Source: Chrysomallon squamiferum (Eukaryota; Animalia; Mollusca). Taken from it: DNA of 64,000 bases. The DNA lies in contig CM022676.1 in NCBI GenBank assembly GCA_012295275.1, forward strand, positions 2,170,001 to 2,234,000, read 5' to 3'. A model generated the notes under the pieces. That model did not search any database and had not been told where the DNA came from. It saw only the letters and a list, made by a program, of their open reading frames with translations. Shown here piece by piece: positions 1 through 24,481 of the stretch. Position 1 is the first letter of the stretch. Every line of letters begins with the position of its first letter. A program made the translations under genes and the position numbers.

Positions 1-233
1 AATTTGTTGATGTTATGGTAATTTTTTATTTTTTATTTTTTATTTTATTTTTTTGTTATTTTATTTTTTTGTTATCTACATTATTGAAATGGTAAAATCA
101 GGAGAAGAAAACAAGTATCTGCTTTATCTGTCTGTTTCTTATTTCTTTGTTATTTTGTTAAAATTTTTGTTTCTCTTCATTATTCTTAATATCATGAAAT
201 GTATCTTATATGCACGAAATTTATGTTACTAGC

Positions 234-283
<50 letters not shown>

Positions 284-649
284 TATGTATATATGTATGC
301 ATATATCTAATGATGTATATATGCATTACATTTATGATACCTGTACATACATAATGTATAAATACATAAAACAAGAACGACAGTGAGGAAGGCATAATAT
401 ACATATAATTTATATTTATCAATATGTACACAGTCACACACACATACACACAACCACACACTCCCCTCAAAAACTGTCTTGGTTACCACAAGGTGACATT
501 AAATATTTTTCCACAGCAAGTGAGAAATTGAACACACACACACTCATGCAGACACAAACACACACATACATATATATAGTGTATAAATATTAAAGGAATC
601 AACAAAGCCTAGGTAGAAGGTATACTTATACACATCGTGACATACTTAC

Positions 650-7351
<6,702 letters not shown>

Positions 7352-7412
7352 GTTCTTCGTTGTAATGAAATGAAGAAATCGCAATATAGACAAATATGTA
7401 ATTTTAATCAAG

Positions 7413-7530
<118 letters not shown>

Positions 7531-7633
7531 AGAGAGAGAGAGACCACAAACACACAGACTCACAAAGACTGTTTTGTTTTTGCTACAAATGGAGAGATAT
7601 GTTAACACACTTTTGAAATAACCCGAATACAAA

Positions 7634-7684
<51 letters not shown>

Positions 7685-8714
7685 TAACAATAATAAAAAT
7701 TAGTAAATAAATAAATACATAAATAAGAAATGATGATAATAAAATAATAAAATAAAACAAAAATAAAATAAAAATAAAATAAATTAAAAAGAAGCTTACA
7801 CTACCAGAATGACTTATCTTAGCAAAAAGTGACTTTTAATACGTACCTTACCATAAACAGTAAAGAATTGTCTGTTACGTCAAATACTAAAAATACCCTC
7901 GAGGAGGATCGATCTAGGGACTGGATACTCCTGACAGTGTACTATATGCAGTGATTTAAAGCTAATAATAATTCTTAACCACTTCATGAAAATTAACCAA
8001 TACAATTTACTAATACAATTTACTAACATTATCCTCCTTATTATTACTATTTTCTAATTGGTTATTTATAATTAGTTTCAAATTCATTACACTTATTTTT
8101 AAATGAGTTATCATTACTTTAAAAACAATAAGTAGATATACAATAAGTAGATATACGTGCATATCTAGTATTGCGATATTTTAGCTTTCTTTTTAATTGC
8201 AAATATCGCTTCATGTTCTGTTTATGCAATATTTTAACATGATACAATAATTTTAATATTACCGCTAAAAAGTGTCTATCTACCTGTCTCTGTCTGCCTG
8301 TCTGTTTCTATGTCTGTCTATCTGTCTGAGGTATAAATGTCTGTCTTTCGATCTATATATTTATCTATCTCTATATCTATCTATCTATCTATGTATCTAT
8401 CAATCTATTTATCTATGTATTTATATGCATAGATAGATATATATATACACACACATTCCATCTAATCTATCTATCAATCTGTCTGTCTGTCTTAATACAT
8501 ATCAGTCTATCTCTCTATCGTTCTATCTTTCCCTCTATCTATATATCATCTATCTATCTACTATCTATCTATCTATCTATATATATATATTTGTATGTAT
8601 GTAAGTCTTTCCTTCTATCTAGGTACATATCTATCAATCCACCTATCTACCTATCGATTAACATCCACTTATAGAAAGATACACTGATAATCAGATAGGT
8701 AGATAGATAGACAC

Positions 8715-8838
<124 letters not shown>

Positions 8839-9050
8839 ATATATATATATATATATTCCTTGATTAAAACTATATACTGGTCTATATTATCTATCCATCT
8901 ATCTATCTATCTGTCTGAGTATCAGTGTATCTAGTTTATTTTAAAATATATTTATTTTTATTCTTTAAAACTTTAAAACTTGATTCTTTATTACAGACAC
9001 TACTGATAACTTTTTAGTTCTGACTTTGTTCAGTTATAAAAACAACTCAC

Positions 9051-9106
9051 CTTTTTATCAGTCTCTTGCAACGACTTCTTTGTTAACTTGTATTATGTGT
9101 AACTGA
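9051..9106 (-). promoter_or_regulatory. Candidate non-coding first exon / TSS of the PAN-CCP-galectin gene
   Basis: Minus-strand TCAGTT initiator-like motif at 9106-9101 and a strong donor AAAAG|GTGAGT at 9051/9050. A pyrimidine-rich tract ending in AG lies 3 nt before the ATG at 7351. Confidence 0.35.
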
Positions 9107-10046
9107 CTAAACGGTGCAGATACAAAAAATGTTTACCATGCAATAATAACGAGAAAAACAGAACTGAGAACTGAGAACGAAAGATCTCAATAATGTAACC
9201 ATGTATTAACTATGTTAATTGTCTCTTGTCTTTGAAACATTCATCATATTTTAAGTGCTAAAACACGGTGTAATAGATACCATTGTTTCTGATCAGCTCG
9301 TTACGTCATGTGTTACCGATGATCGACTTTCTGCCAGTAAGTTTATCCCACACACGGAAACACGAATTTGTAGTCTTGGATTAGTTAAATGTAACTTAAT
9401 AAACTGCTGCTAAAATTACATCTCATTTTACAACAGCCGCTGTTCTATTTCTGTCTGAAGAGGAAACGGTTAGTGTGTTCTGTGTAACACATGCACCGGA
9501 AATCCAAGATCCACGGATACGTGTCTATCACCGAGCTGGATTTCTGGACGCTACAACAGTTAATGACACAGCAAAACGAAAACAAAATTCTATTTCTACC
9601 AACTGCGAAATCTTTATTTGTTACACAAGCACGCCTTTTCTGAACGCAAACTCCAAAAGCCATCGTTACTTGTTTTATTCACGGAGTCAGGTTACAGAGC
9701 TGTAAAATTAAATATAGATGAGGACTGTCACTGGAGAATACACTGTACTGATACTTTTGTGCACGTCTGTTTTCCAACAGCAGTCACATTCATCTTTGTT
9801 AAATTACGTTTCAAAATGTACAGGTACGATAACATTTAGATCAATCAAAATATTAAATATAAAAATATATGGCTTAACAGTGACAAATAAAAACGCGCAT
9901 TAAATAAACGCGCCGAAATAGAGGCGCATGTTATATATCCACTTCAAGAAAAATAAAGAAGAAGAAAAAATGAAAACGAAAAGCACGCATGACATAATCG
10001 CGTCACAATAAACGTGAGCTTGACACAAGTGAGCCAATAAAACCGT

Positions 10047-11426
10047 GCATGACTATACCGCGCCAAAATAAAAACACGTATAACATAACAATACCACGCC
10101 AAAATAAAAACACGTATAACATAACAATACCGCGCCAAAATAAAAACACGTATAACATAACAATACCACGCCAAAATAAAAACACGTATAACATAACAAT
10201 ACCACGCCAAAATAAAAACACGTATAACATAACAATACCGCGCCAAAATAAAAACACGTATAACATAACAATACCGCGCCAAAATAAAAACACGTATAAC
10301 ATAACAATACCGCGCCAAAATAAAAACACGTATAACATAACAATACCACGCCAAAATAAAAACACGTATAACATAACAATACCGCGCCAAAATAAAAACA
10401 CGTATAACATGACTATACCGCAACAAAATAAAAACACGTATAACATGACAATAACGCAACAAAATAACGTATACCATGACAATACCGCAACAAAATAAAA
10501 ACACGTATAACATAACAATACCGCAACAAAATAAAAACACGTATAACATGACAATACCGCAACAAAATAAAAACACGTATAACATGACAATACCGCAACA
10601 AAATAAAAACACGTATAACATAACAATACCGCAACAAAATAAAAACACGTATAACATAACAATACCGCAACAAAATAAAAACACGTATAACATAACAATA
10701 CCGCGATAAAATAAAAACACGTATAACATGACTATACCGCAACAAAATAAAAACACGTATAACATGACAATAACGCAACAAAATAACGTATACCATGACA
10801 ATACCGCAACAAAATAAAAACACGTATAACATGACAATACCGCAACAAAATAAAAAACGTATAACGACAATAACAAAATAAAACCGCGCATGACAATACC
10901 GCAATAAAATAAAAACACGTATATAACATGACAATACCGCAACAAAATAAAACACGTATAACATGACAATAACGCAACAAAATAACGTATACCATGACAA
11001 TACCGCAACAAAATAAAAACACGTATAACATGACAATACCGCAACAAAATAAAAACACGTATAACATGACAATACCGCAACAAAATAAAAACACGTATAA
11101 CATGACAATACCGCAACAAAATAAAAACACGTATAACATAACCGCGCATGACAATACCGCGATAAAATAAAAACACGTATAACATGACTATACCGCAACA
11201 AAATAAAAACACGTATAACATGACAATAACGCAACAAAATAACGTATACCATGACAATACCGCAACAAAATAAAAACACGTATAACATGACAATACCGCA
11301 ACAAAATAAAAACACGTATAACATGACAATACCGCAACAAAATAAAAACACGTATAACATGACAATACCGCAACAAAATAAAAACACGTATAACATAACC
11401 GCGCATGACAATACCGCGATAAAATA
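10047..11426. repeat. 36-bp tandem minisatellite, about 38 units, consensus AAAATAAAAACACGTATAACATGACAATACCGCAAC
   Basis: Head-to-tail repetition seen directly. The 12-aa period of overlapping ORFs (TIPQQNKNTYNM) confirms a 36-nt unit. There are no spacers. Confidence 0.95.
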
Positions 11427-11642
11427 CAAGCGTGCTTGATATATAAACATCGACAAAACAAAAAGCGATGATATAACCGAGCAGAAAGCAAAAAAACAAA
11501 ACAAAAATGTTAATAAAAATAATAATAATAATAATAATAAATAAATGAAAAAAAAATAATATAAATAATAAATATATAAATAAAAATAAAAGAGCTCTGA
11601 CAAAATCGGGCGATAATAAAAGTGTTTATGATGTTTCAGTGT

Positions 11643-11685
<43 letters not shown>

Positions 11686-13527
11686 GAAAAGCGCTTTTGA
11701 CATAATCGCTCCATGACAATACAGAAGATACTGCACTAACGTTAATATCTTACTAATTTTTCGTTTTTTTTTTTTTTTCTTTCCTTCTTTATTTTTTTTC
11801 TCTTTTTTTCCCCCCTTAAGCATCTCTTTTCAAAACTTTTGACGGTAAGTGGGCTAATTTTTATATTAGTCACAAAAATTCAATAAAATGAATTAGTGCA
11901 GTAAAGCTTTTGTAAAAATAGAAACCCACCTTTCTGCAGCTCCTAGAGGTGACGTTACGTTCAGGTTGAATTCACTGGGCTATGAAGTATTTTTTTTTCA
12001 GTCGTGGAAAATCAAAGATAATCGATTTTATCACAGAACTTCATCTGAATGTTAATTGTCAAGCTTATTTTATTTATAACCTTAATGTAAAATATGTAAA
12101 ATATATTAACAGTAGCGTCGTTTTGAAGAGAGGCGCTTTTATAAATTAACATTGTTACAGTCAGTTTCCTATGTATAGAAGAAATTCTCGATTTTAAGCT
12201 CTTAAATAAATTTTATATGCTACCTAACAAAGCATCAACTGACACAGCTCAAAATGTATGTGATGGCAGAAATTGTCTTACATGAATAGGAAAAAATAAC
12301 CGAAGTTCTGTTCCCACTTTTAGAAGAACATCAGCTGACATAAAGCTTTACTCTTTGACACAGAAGAGTAATCTGTTTGAATAAGATATTATTATGTTCT
12401 GCACAGTGTTTGTGTGTTTGCGGATACCGTTACCAAGTCAAGTTAAATGCGGGTTTTTTTGTGTTCGCTTTCTTCGTGTTTTTATCTTACGTGTAAAAGC
12501 CGATTTACCTCGTCCAGTTTCCGGACATGTTGCCTTTAAAATTATCTCTATTAATCGCGATATTTTATTTGAACAGTTGCTTTTGTTGACTAACATTATG
12601 TTTGTTTTCGCGTCAGTTACGAGCCAGTGAATTTGGTGACACAAAATCAAATGTGTGGAAGAAGAGACGCCTGTTTCTAAAAACGTTCTTTTGTCAGATT
12701 TCCTTCAGTATGATGATGATGATAACAATGAAAATAAAATAATAATAATAATAATAATAATAAATAATAATAATAATAATAAAAATAATAATAGAGGAAG
12801 AAGAAGAATGATAATAATAACAACAAATCATTGTTTTACTTAATGGGTCGCATGATCATACTTTTTACTAAAATTATATATTTAGTTCCAACCACTGCTG
12901 TCGATGATCTTAACAATATATGAAATGTATTACGTTTGGTAAGTTTATTACTTTTCAACAAGCTCGTTGTAATCAAAATAAGGAGTTTGTTGCTATGGAA
13001 ACACTGTAGAAGAGAGGCTCTCTGTCTAATATCCACAGCGATATTCAGAACTATTAAACAAACATCGATTATCTTTCCTTTTATTGACTATTTTATTTAT
13101 TGATTTAAACATTCTTTATTAAAATATAATAATAATAAATGAATAATACTAATAAAAATACAGCAGAACTATTTCACAACACTATCAATATATAATATCC
13201 CTGTATTTTCATACGAATGTAACTGTACACAGAAAATGTTTGTTGTTTTTCTGTTGTCATTTTTGTCTAATTGTCTTACTCTCTTTTTTTAAAATTATTA
13301 TTATTTTCTTCTTCTTTTATCATTTTCGTTCGGATTTTACTTAATGCTATCGTTATTAAAGTAAAGATTCGCAAGGTTTTTCTTGTGTGTTTGTGCGCGC
13401 GTGTGAACTGGGAGTTGTATTCTGTTTTCAGGAGTTATGGAAACTTTCTGATACATAAAGCAATGTTCTGATTAATTTTGGTATTTTTTATTATATTAAT
13501 ATGTGCACATGTATGTGCCTGTGTATG

Positions 13528-13569
<42 letters not shown>

Positions 13570-14228
13570 CCTACAAATAAGCTTATTTATAAACACAAAA
13601 AGTCTTCGTGTTTTGCTAATTTAAACCTGTATAATGAATGTATTTATTATCTAGAACTAACATATCTTGAGGGTTTGTTCATTGCTTTCCTAAAACATGT
13701 GACTTCAGTATTCTTGATAAACTCGTCTTTTTGAGTGACAATCAGTGCTCGTGAAAACGAGGTTTACAAACCACCGTTTTCATGTGTCCATATTATGGAT
13801 GAGTTCTATATTTTCGTAAAACAATGGATCATCTATATTTTGTTTGCCCGGCTTTTTTTTTTTCCTCAACCCTTTTAACATAAAGCTTTGTACAACTGTT
13901 ATAACTTAACCTGTTCTGGTTACTTATAAATAACTGAGTAAGATTAATAATTTTGACATGTAAACCATGTTCCACGTCAATTTAACAGCAGAATATATAT
14001 AGTGACCATTTGAACCCCTTGGTTGCGGATTTCTGTACTTTTTTCATCTGAAAGGACTTTCTGAATGAACGTACTTAATGTTTATTTAACAGAACTAAAT
14101 AAGTAACGTTTGAAACGTACTAGGATTTTGGTAAGTAAGATTTTATTTAATTTTTGGATTATCGGCAAAGTCGGTTATCAAGAAGTTCTCTTCTGCGGTG
14201 TCGTTTCCTATCCCCAGGTAATAATAAC

Positions 14229-14286
<58 letters not shown>

Positions 14287-14525
14287 GGTTCTAGAGAGAA
14301 AGATAAAGAAAGAAAGAAAGAAAGAAAACTAAGGGTGAAACTGGACATATGTTATGAACCAGTCGATGTTACAAGACGGAGAAGCAGTCTATGCTGTGAA
14401 CAGACTGAAGAAAGGATTATATTTCATCCCGTACCAGAACGTAAAGTGTTTCCATTGATATCAAATTTCCGAATACGAAAACTAGACAATCTACTGTTCC
14501 CTTATTAGAGGTTATACGTGATTGT

Positions 14526-14531
14526 TTTATT
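14526..14531 (-). terminator. Putative polyadenylation signal of the Gly/Cys-rich gene
   Basis: AATAAA on the minus strand about 235 nt after the stop codon. Confidence 0.45.
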
Positions 14532-14765
14532 TTCTATCTTCAGTTTAAAGTCCGATTTACAGAAAAGCGACCATTATTTAAAGATTTGTAAATAGTTTTT
14601 TTTTTTAAAGTACAAGAACGACAACTCCAGGTAATAATCAAACATTCTATTAACCAATATCGTACATCTCCGGCCTCGTACACTGTTCACAGAACGAAGC
14701 ACCGCTTCACGCTCTGCCATTTACAAACCACTGCTGCTCAGTCTCTCAATGATTTATCAAACGCC

Positions 14766-17859
<3,094 letters not shown>

Positions 17860-17924
17860 ATTCACTTCCGGTTTGTTAATCCTGACCGTCTGGCTGCAGT
17901 AAGCACCAGCGACGCCTGCACGCG

Positions 17925-17931
17925 CTTTATA
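17925..17931 (-). promoter_or_regulatory. TATA box of the Gly/Cys-rich secreted protein gene
   Basis: CCCATATAAAGCGCG on the minus strand in a GC-richer island, about 66-72 nt upstream of the ATG at 17859. Confidence 0.7.
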
Positions 17932-18634
17932 TGGGAGACAACTTTAAAAAAAAAAGTAGGACAAAAACTCTCGGACGTCTGTCAGTCACGAAGAGAACTC
18001 CCTAGCCTCGTTCTGGTGAAGCGGCGGGTGCATTTTCTCTGTGGCTTACATTCCGCAGACGTCACGTGACACGACCTCTGACCTGTCGTCTTAAAAAAAT
18101 ATAAAACAGAAAATAAAAAAGTAAAAGATTAGAATAACTAACATTTTAAAAAAGTACTCAGGTCAATATACAGTTACATTATTATAAATACATAAATAAA
18201 TAAATAAGGAAACAGGATAAGTAAGAATAACACGAACAGAAAAATCAATGACCTAAATTTCTGTTAACTTACATGTGTGTTTGTTTACTGTTTAGATAAT
18301 AAATGGGTGGTTTAGACAGCTTAGTAAATTTATGACGATAAATGTAAGTAGATAATGAAAGTTATGGTTTGAAAACAATTAATAAATCTTAGAGTGAAAA
18401 AAATAACAAGAGGAAGCGTGGACAAGATAAATGGAAAGCATGTAGAAGTTAGTGAATGAACGAAACACTGAACAATAAATGATGGAATGAAGAATGAATG
18501 AAAGTATGAATGGAACTTAATGAAAAAGAAATTCAAAAATAAACCGCATTATTACAAACGCACACATATACACAAACACACACACGCACACGCACACACA
18601 GAATGAGAGAGAAAACAGATGGAGAAAGGGTTAT

Positions 18635-18785
18635 TTTGCTGAACGACAGAAGGAAACCAGTGTCAACGTTTGATGTACAGAAGTGGACGCATTTCGTGAT
18701 GTCGTTTGTAAATTATTGCCGAGGCAATAACCTTTGGTGCTCTCACTTGATAATTCGAACACAGTAAATATAAATAGTGTACTGT

Positions 18786-18880
<95 letters not shown>
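18635..18880. repeat. Dispersed repeat with (GA)n tail, copy A; inverted relative to 25530-25768
   Basis: 18635-18787 is the reverse complement of 25614-25768 with substitutions and indels; both copies abut GA/CT microsatellites. Confidence 0.75.
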
Positions 18881-18881
<1 letters not shown>

Positions 18882-19113
18882 ACAGGCAGAAAGATAGAGT
18901 TAGAGAGAAAGACAGAGCATCAGACAGACTTACAGAGAAACAGACAGACAGAGGGACAGGCAGGCAGGCAGGTAGACAGACAGACAAACATTTAGGAAGA
19001 AAAAAAGAAACATTAATACTTTATCAGATGTTTTGATAAAAAAATGTCATAGGGTGGAAATGCAAATTTAGTAAAAAAAATATATATATATTTTGTGTGT
19101 CTGTATATATATA

Positions 19114-19711
19114 TAGGGTTTCCCAAAAGTAACCGTACCGCAAACTTAAATAAAATTAGATTATTAAAAACAACAAATTTAATCTGTGTATTTAGTATTT
19201 ACAAATGTTCATAATGTCTACCTTGAACTTCAATACAATCACGTCACCTTTTGATACGTTCGTTTAAATCTAAAATTCTTCGCTGCATTTGTAAGAGTGA
19301 GGGTACCATTTCAAGTCAAACCATGGAGAGTCCAGTAGCGCGCTGAATAAGAATCAAAACCAAAAAGATCACCGAAAAGATTCAAGTGTAACGTCTGCCT
19401 TTATTGCAGTACAGAAAGCAACTGTCCGGAGAGCGAGTTGCAGGAGAAAGCACATGGAACGCCTAGGAGAACATGAACAGTATTAAAAGACAGCGTTATA
19501 GACGTCCGCGTCGTCGTGGTAAATCAGAAGTGTTGATCACGAAGAACGCTACAATCAGGTAACAAAAATCATTCCAAAGACTACTACTGACAGAAGTAAA
19601 TGAATAGTACAAAAAATAACATAACAAGACATAAAAGATGGAATTAAATTTGTTGTTTTTAATATCTAATTTTATTTAAGTTTGAGGTTCGGTTACTTTA
19701 GGGACACCCTG
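19114..19711 (-). mobile_element. Internally deleted Tc1/mariner-superfamily element, about 600 bp
   Basis: ~70-bp terminal inverted repeats (19114-19183 and 19643-19711; CAGGGTGTCCCTAAAGTAACCG...) set in TA runs. Minus-strand remnant of a transposase C-terminus, NERIKR*RDCIEVQGRHYEHL*, at ~19264-19199. Confidence 0.85.
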
Positions 19712-19719
19712 TATATATA

Positions 19720-19770
<51 letters not shown>

Positions 19771-20383
19771 ATATGATAGTTATAATAACAGCCATTATTC
19801 TCTAATACGACTGATCAATACATTGATTGGTATAGTAAAGTCGACATAAAAGATATATAAATAATTGTCTCTAGATATGTATTTAATCTGTCCTTATGAC
19901 GTAACATAACCATCGATTTAATATTTGCTATCGCAGTTTTTGATTTAATATTTCTTCCGTACTTTTTGATTTCAACCGTAGCAATAATAATAATTGTTTT
20001 TATTAACAATGCTTCTATGGTAATTATATTAATACTTATTATCACAGTAATACTAACAGCAGCTGCTAGGATAGTGTCAAAAATGACGTAATTGTTTCAT
20101 TATTAATCATGAAAGCGTTAACAAAAGTCACAGTGAGTGACACGGTGATAATAATGTTACTAACACTTACGACCAAAGTGACAGTGATGGTGACTGTAAT
20201 AGCTATTATAAGACTGGTAAATAACAGAGAAAGTAAATGTGGCAATACAGTAATAAAACAGTGACAAATTTGGTAATAACTGTGACAAAAATAGTAATAA
20301 TAAGTATACAGTAATGATGACAGTATTTTAAGGACTAAATTAATACTTTAAATCTAGGTGATATTAATGTTATTAGTAAATAC

Positions 20384-20495
20384 AGCAGCAGTAACATAAA
20401 AAAATAATAATAGCAGTAGATACCGTTTCGAACAAAATAGCAGCAGTAACATAAAAAAATAATAATAGCAGTAGATACCGTTTCGAACAAAATAG
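20384..20495. repeat. 55-bp direct tandem duplication, two copies
   Basis: AGCAGCAGTAACATAAAAAAATAATAATAGCAGTAGATACCGTTTCGAACAAAAT occurs twice head to tail. Confidence 0.85.
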
Positions 20496-21331
20496 TAGTA
20501 ATAATAGTAGCAGTAGCATTACCTATATTGGTAGTACAAGTATTATATATAGTAATAGTAGTGGCAGTATTAGTAGCTGTAGCAGTAGTTATAGTAATAT
20601 TGGTAGCAGTAGTAAGATTATATAGTAATAATAGCAGTAGCATTACCCATATTGGTAGTACAAGCATTATATATAGTAATAGTAGTAATAGTAACGGCAG
20701 TATTAGTAGCTGTAGTAGTACTAGCAGCAGTACATATAGTAATATTAGTAGTGCTAAAATATATAGCAATAGTAGTAGTAACAACAATAGATATAGTAAT
20801 ATTAGTAGTAGCAGTAGATATAGTAAAAGTAACAGCAGCAGCAGTAGTAGTAGCAGTAGCAGTAACAGTAGTTGTTGTTGTTGTGTAGATAGGATAAATA
20901 GTAATATTACCAATGGTAGTAGTACAGAAGAATTACTAGTTGAAATATTATATACATAGAAGTATTAACAGTCGTAGTTTTGTAGACGAAGTAATATTAG
21001 AAGTTGTAGATAAAGCAGAGTTAATAGTTTTAGCAGAATGAGTGAGTTGTAATGTTGTATTAAAGTAGAGACAGGTAGATATTTGTGTTATTTCACTCAG
21101 ACATATCTGTTCTCTGACATTTACTTATGTACTGACACTTACCAGAGACGAAATGTTTAAAATACTCTTAACGTCTGTTTAATAATAATGATGACATACA
21201 GTTTTATATGCATTAACTAAAAGTTATTTATTTATTTAATAATCTCGAAATATGATATGTTGGGCTTCTAATCTTACTGCCAATAAGATTAGGAACATAT
21301 AATATAGTATTCTGAGATGAATAAATAAATC

Positions 21332-21383
<52 letters not shown>

Positions 21384-22120
21384 TGAGTCGTATCATTGTC
21401 TTACGTTGGTATCCTGCAGTAATCAATAATATATATATATATTAGTGGTAGTAGTAGTATGCAGTTATTCTGCTGCTACTATTACTATTACTATAATTAC
21501 TGATATCTTTCTTTTTATTAAGATTAATTGTTTGTTTACTATAATAATAATAAGGATTCGACTGTAGTAACTCTGCTACTAATAGTAATGTTGCTGCTGT
21601 AATTAGCATTTCTTCATTTACTATCTCTACTACACTACTACTACTACTACTACTACTGCAGTAGCTACTACTCTATCACAAACGGTTGGTTTTATAACAG
21701 AATACCATAACTAATATTGCATATTTCATTGTTTTGATTTGTCGTCATTTTTAAGTCATTGTCGGACACAGAGAACGAAAGAAAAGTAAGAAATATAAAA
21801 AGAAGTAAACGGACGAATCACACAGTGACTTTTGATGTATGTAGAAACATTATCACTAAGCTGATAAATCGTGTGATTCCTGTGGCTGTAATAGTGTGTA
21901 TATTTAACTGTGTACGTTCGGACAGGAACTTTACGGTGATTCATACGCAAAACATTTGTCTGCAGATGCTAATAGAGAAACGCTGTCTGACAAGACGTCA
22001 TTCAACTCGACGTCAACGTCAGTACATTGACGGATGCTCATGCACTGACATCACAGCATCTACAACAACCAGCTTGTCTGTAAATGCAAATCATCTGTTT
22101 CGTTTATGACTCCATTTTGT

Positions 22121-22172
<52 letters not shown>

Positions 22173-22339
22173 CTTTATATTAAAAGTAAGAAAAGAAAAA
22201 AGCAGAATACGAAGGAAGAAAACTGAAAAAAAAGAAAAAAAAAAGAAATTGAGGATTGGCATATGTCACAATTTACGTACTAAATATATATATATATATA
22301 TATGAATATACGTACACACATATTCACACACACACACAC

Positions 22340-22424
<85 letters not shown>

Positions 22425-24444
22425 TGTGTCCAGCTAAACGGTAATCACATATTACTTTTTATTTTGCGGTTGTTATTTTGTGTGTATACAAGTCTGAATG
22501 ACAGAGTTATAGAAACAAAGTAAGAAAACACAACGAGAAGCCATGTATCAAACTGTCATTTCTTGAACCCAGGATGATAAAGTATCAAGAAAATAAATAA
22601 AGATAGTTTTTATAAGAATTCATCTACAAATGTATATAATGTTTTTGAAAACAAGTACTGAAAAAACATAAATATCATAAGTAATTCCGTAGATAAATGA
22701 AAATGAAACTTATAAAAAGAAATCTTCCATCAATCAATGACTTCGTTTGCTGCATTATTTAAAAATACGAATGATGTATTAGCTTGTTCACTGATTGTAA
22801 ACAGTAATCATTATTACCTATGGCAATGACAAAGTGTTAAATATTTTAAAAACCACATCTTTTTACCAGAACATAATGTAATGTGATATATGTAGTATTT
22901 ACCTACCGTAGTAACTAGATAATTAAATATTTTAAAAACTTGCGCAGAATATCTGAAATGGAGTATGACAATACAATACAATACAGTACAATATAATACA
23001 ATGTAACACAGTATAATATAATATAAAACATAATACAATACAACATAACATAATATAATATAATATAACATAATCTAATATGATATCTATATATGTATGT
23101 ATGTATGTATGTATGGATGGATGGATGCATGTAACCATGTACGTGTGTGTGTGTGTGTGTGTATATATATATGTGTCTTTCTGTATGTGTGTATATACAC
23201 AGACAGAGAGAGAGAAAGACATTTACACATACAGCTTACGAAATGTGTTCAATTTATTATGCAGAAGTTTACTATGAATTCCTGAACGAGCAGTAAAGTT
23301 CAATTAAGTCAATGTTCTTAGCAACCTTTTAGGTTAAGGGACACACAATGGCTGGTAACCAAAATAAAAGTGACAAGTTATTGTCAATTTTGATAAATAT
23401 ACTGTACTTATAAACATTATAACAACATGAAACAGATCTCTCTGTCTCTCTCTCTCTTTGTTTGAATATGCAAATAACATTATACATGAAAAGATAAATG
23501 GTAAGTATTCTGGATTAAACAGACCGCTAGAATTCTATACATGAGAGAGAGAGAGAGAGAGCGAGAGAGAGCGAGAGAGATTAAAGAAAGAATAAAATAT
23601 AAGTAGCAAAAAACAAATCACCTAATATATAGCAGTACACTTAATAATGTTATAGATCACCATATATATATATATATATAGTTTATTCACGTTTGATATG
23701 TTCTGCTTTGGTACACATCAAAGACTTTTACATTTGAGACCGCAAAGCGTGCTTCCAGGCATTTTGACATGTATTTAGAAGTAAAAATATGTCTTAAATT
23801 AGACATCATAAACCGTAATTTAAAATAACTCGTGGCTTATTTCAATTCACTGGACTAACAATAACGTATTGTTGTCTTCAAATTCCTCTGTCGCTATGAC
23901 AATACTTTTTGATCGATGACTATTTCGGCTAGGATTAAATATTATTCATTTTTTATTGCATAATCGTTGTCAGTGATGTATAGAAGGAAAATGTTTACAA
24001 ACTGAGAGGGAAAGAACGGCGGAGCCATTTTGAGATTGTCTCTTGTCTTCGTTCAGGTCGTCACGCCTGAGTGACCTGCATGCTCCAGTGATAAGAGGTA
24101 ACAGGATTGTTCAGTCGGGCATGAAAACATTGCTTTTTGTTCTTTAGTTTGATGCACGGTTTTACGTTAATTAAATTACATTAAATAACTCTATTAGTTT
24201 CTTCTTCTTATCGTTATTATTATCATGTTTCTCTTTCTTTATTTGTTTCTTTTTCTTTTATTTGTTTTTCTTTATTTCATTACTCCCACTTTTATTTCTA
24301 TTTATCTAGTGATTTATTTTCTTTATTATTATTTTTTTTACTTTACACATTTTAATTAAGTTCCATTATATAACATTTTTATTCTTATTACTATGGTTGT
24401 TATTATTATTATCATCATCACCATCATCATCATCATCATCATCA

Positions 24445-24481
<37 letters not shown>

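Noticed and set aside
10047-11426. 36-bp repeat as a CRISPR array
   Set aside because: Units are contiguous with no unique spacers, there are no cas genes, and the context is eukaryotic.
9944-11714. Long ORFs of 515, 433 and 231 aa and overlapping plus-strand ORFs
   Set aside because: They are translations of the stop-poor 36-bp satellite, open in several frames on both strands, with no splice or domain support.
12989-13002. RFX X-box-like GTTGCTATGGAAAC
   Set aside because: It is not near any identified TSS and such motifs also occur in repeats, so no function can be assigned.
20335-20959. Ser-rich and Leu-rich ORFs of 143-192 aa
   Set aside because: Decayed (TAG/CAG/TAA)n low-complexity DNA without credible exon boundaries.
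21759-22109. 116-aa plus-strand ORF in a GC-richer island
   Set aside because: Non-ATG start, no recognisable motif and no partner exons.
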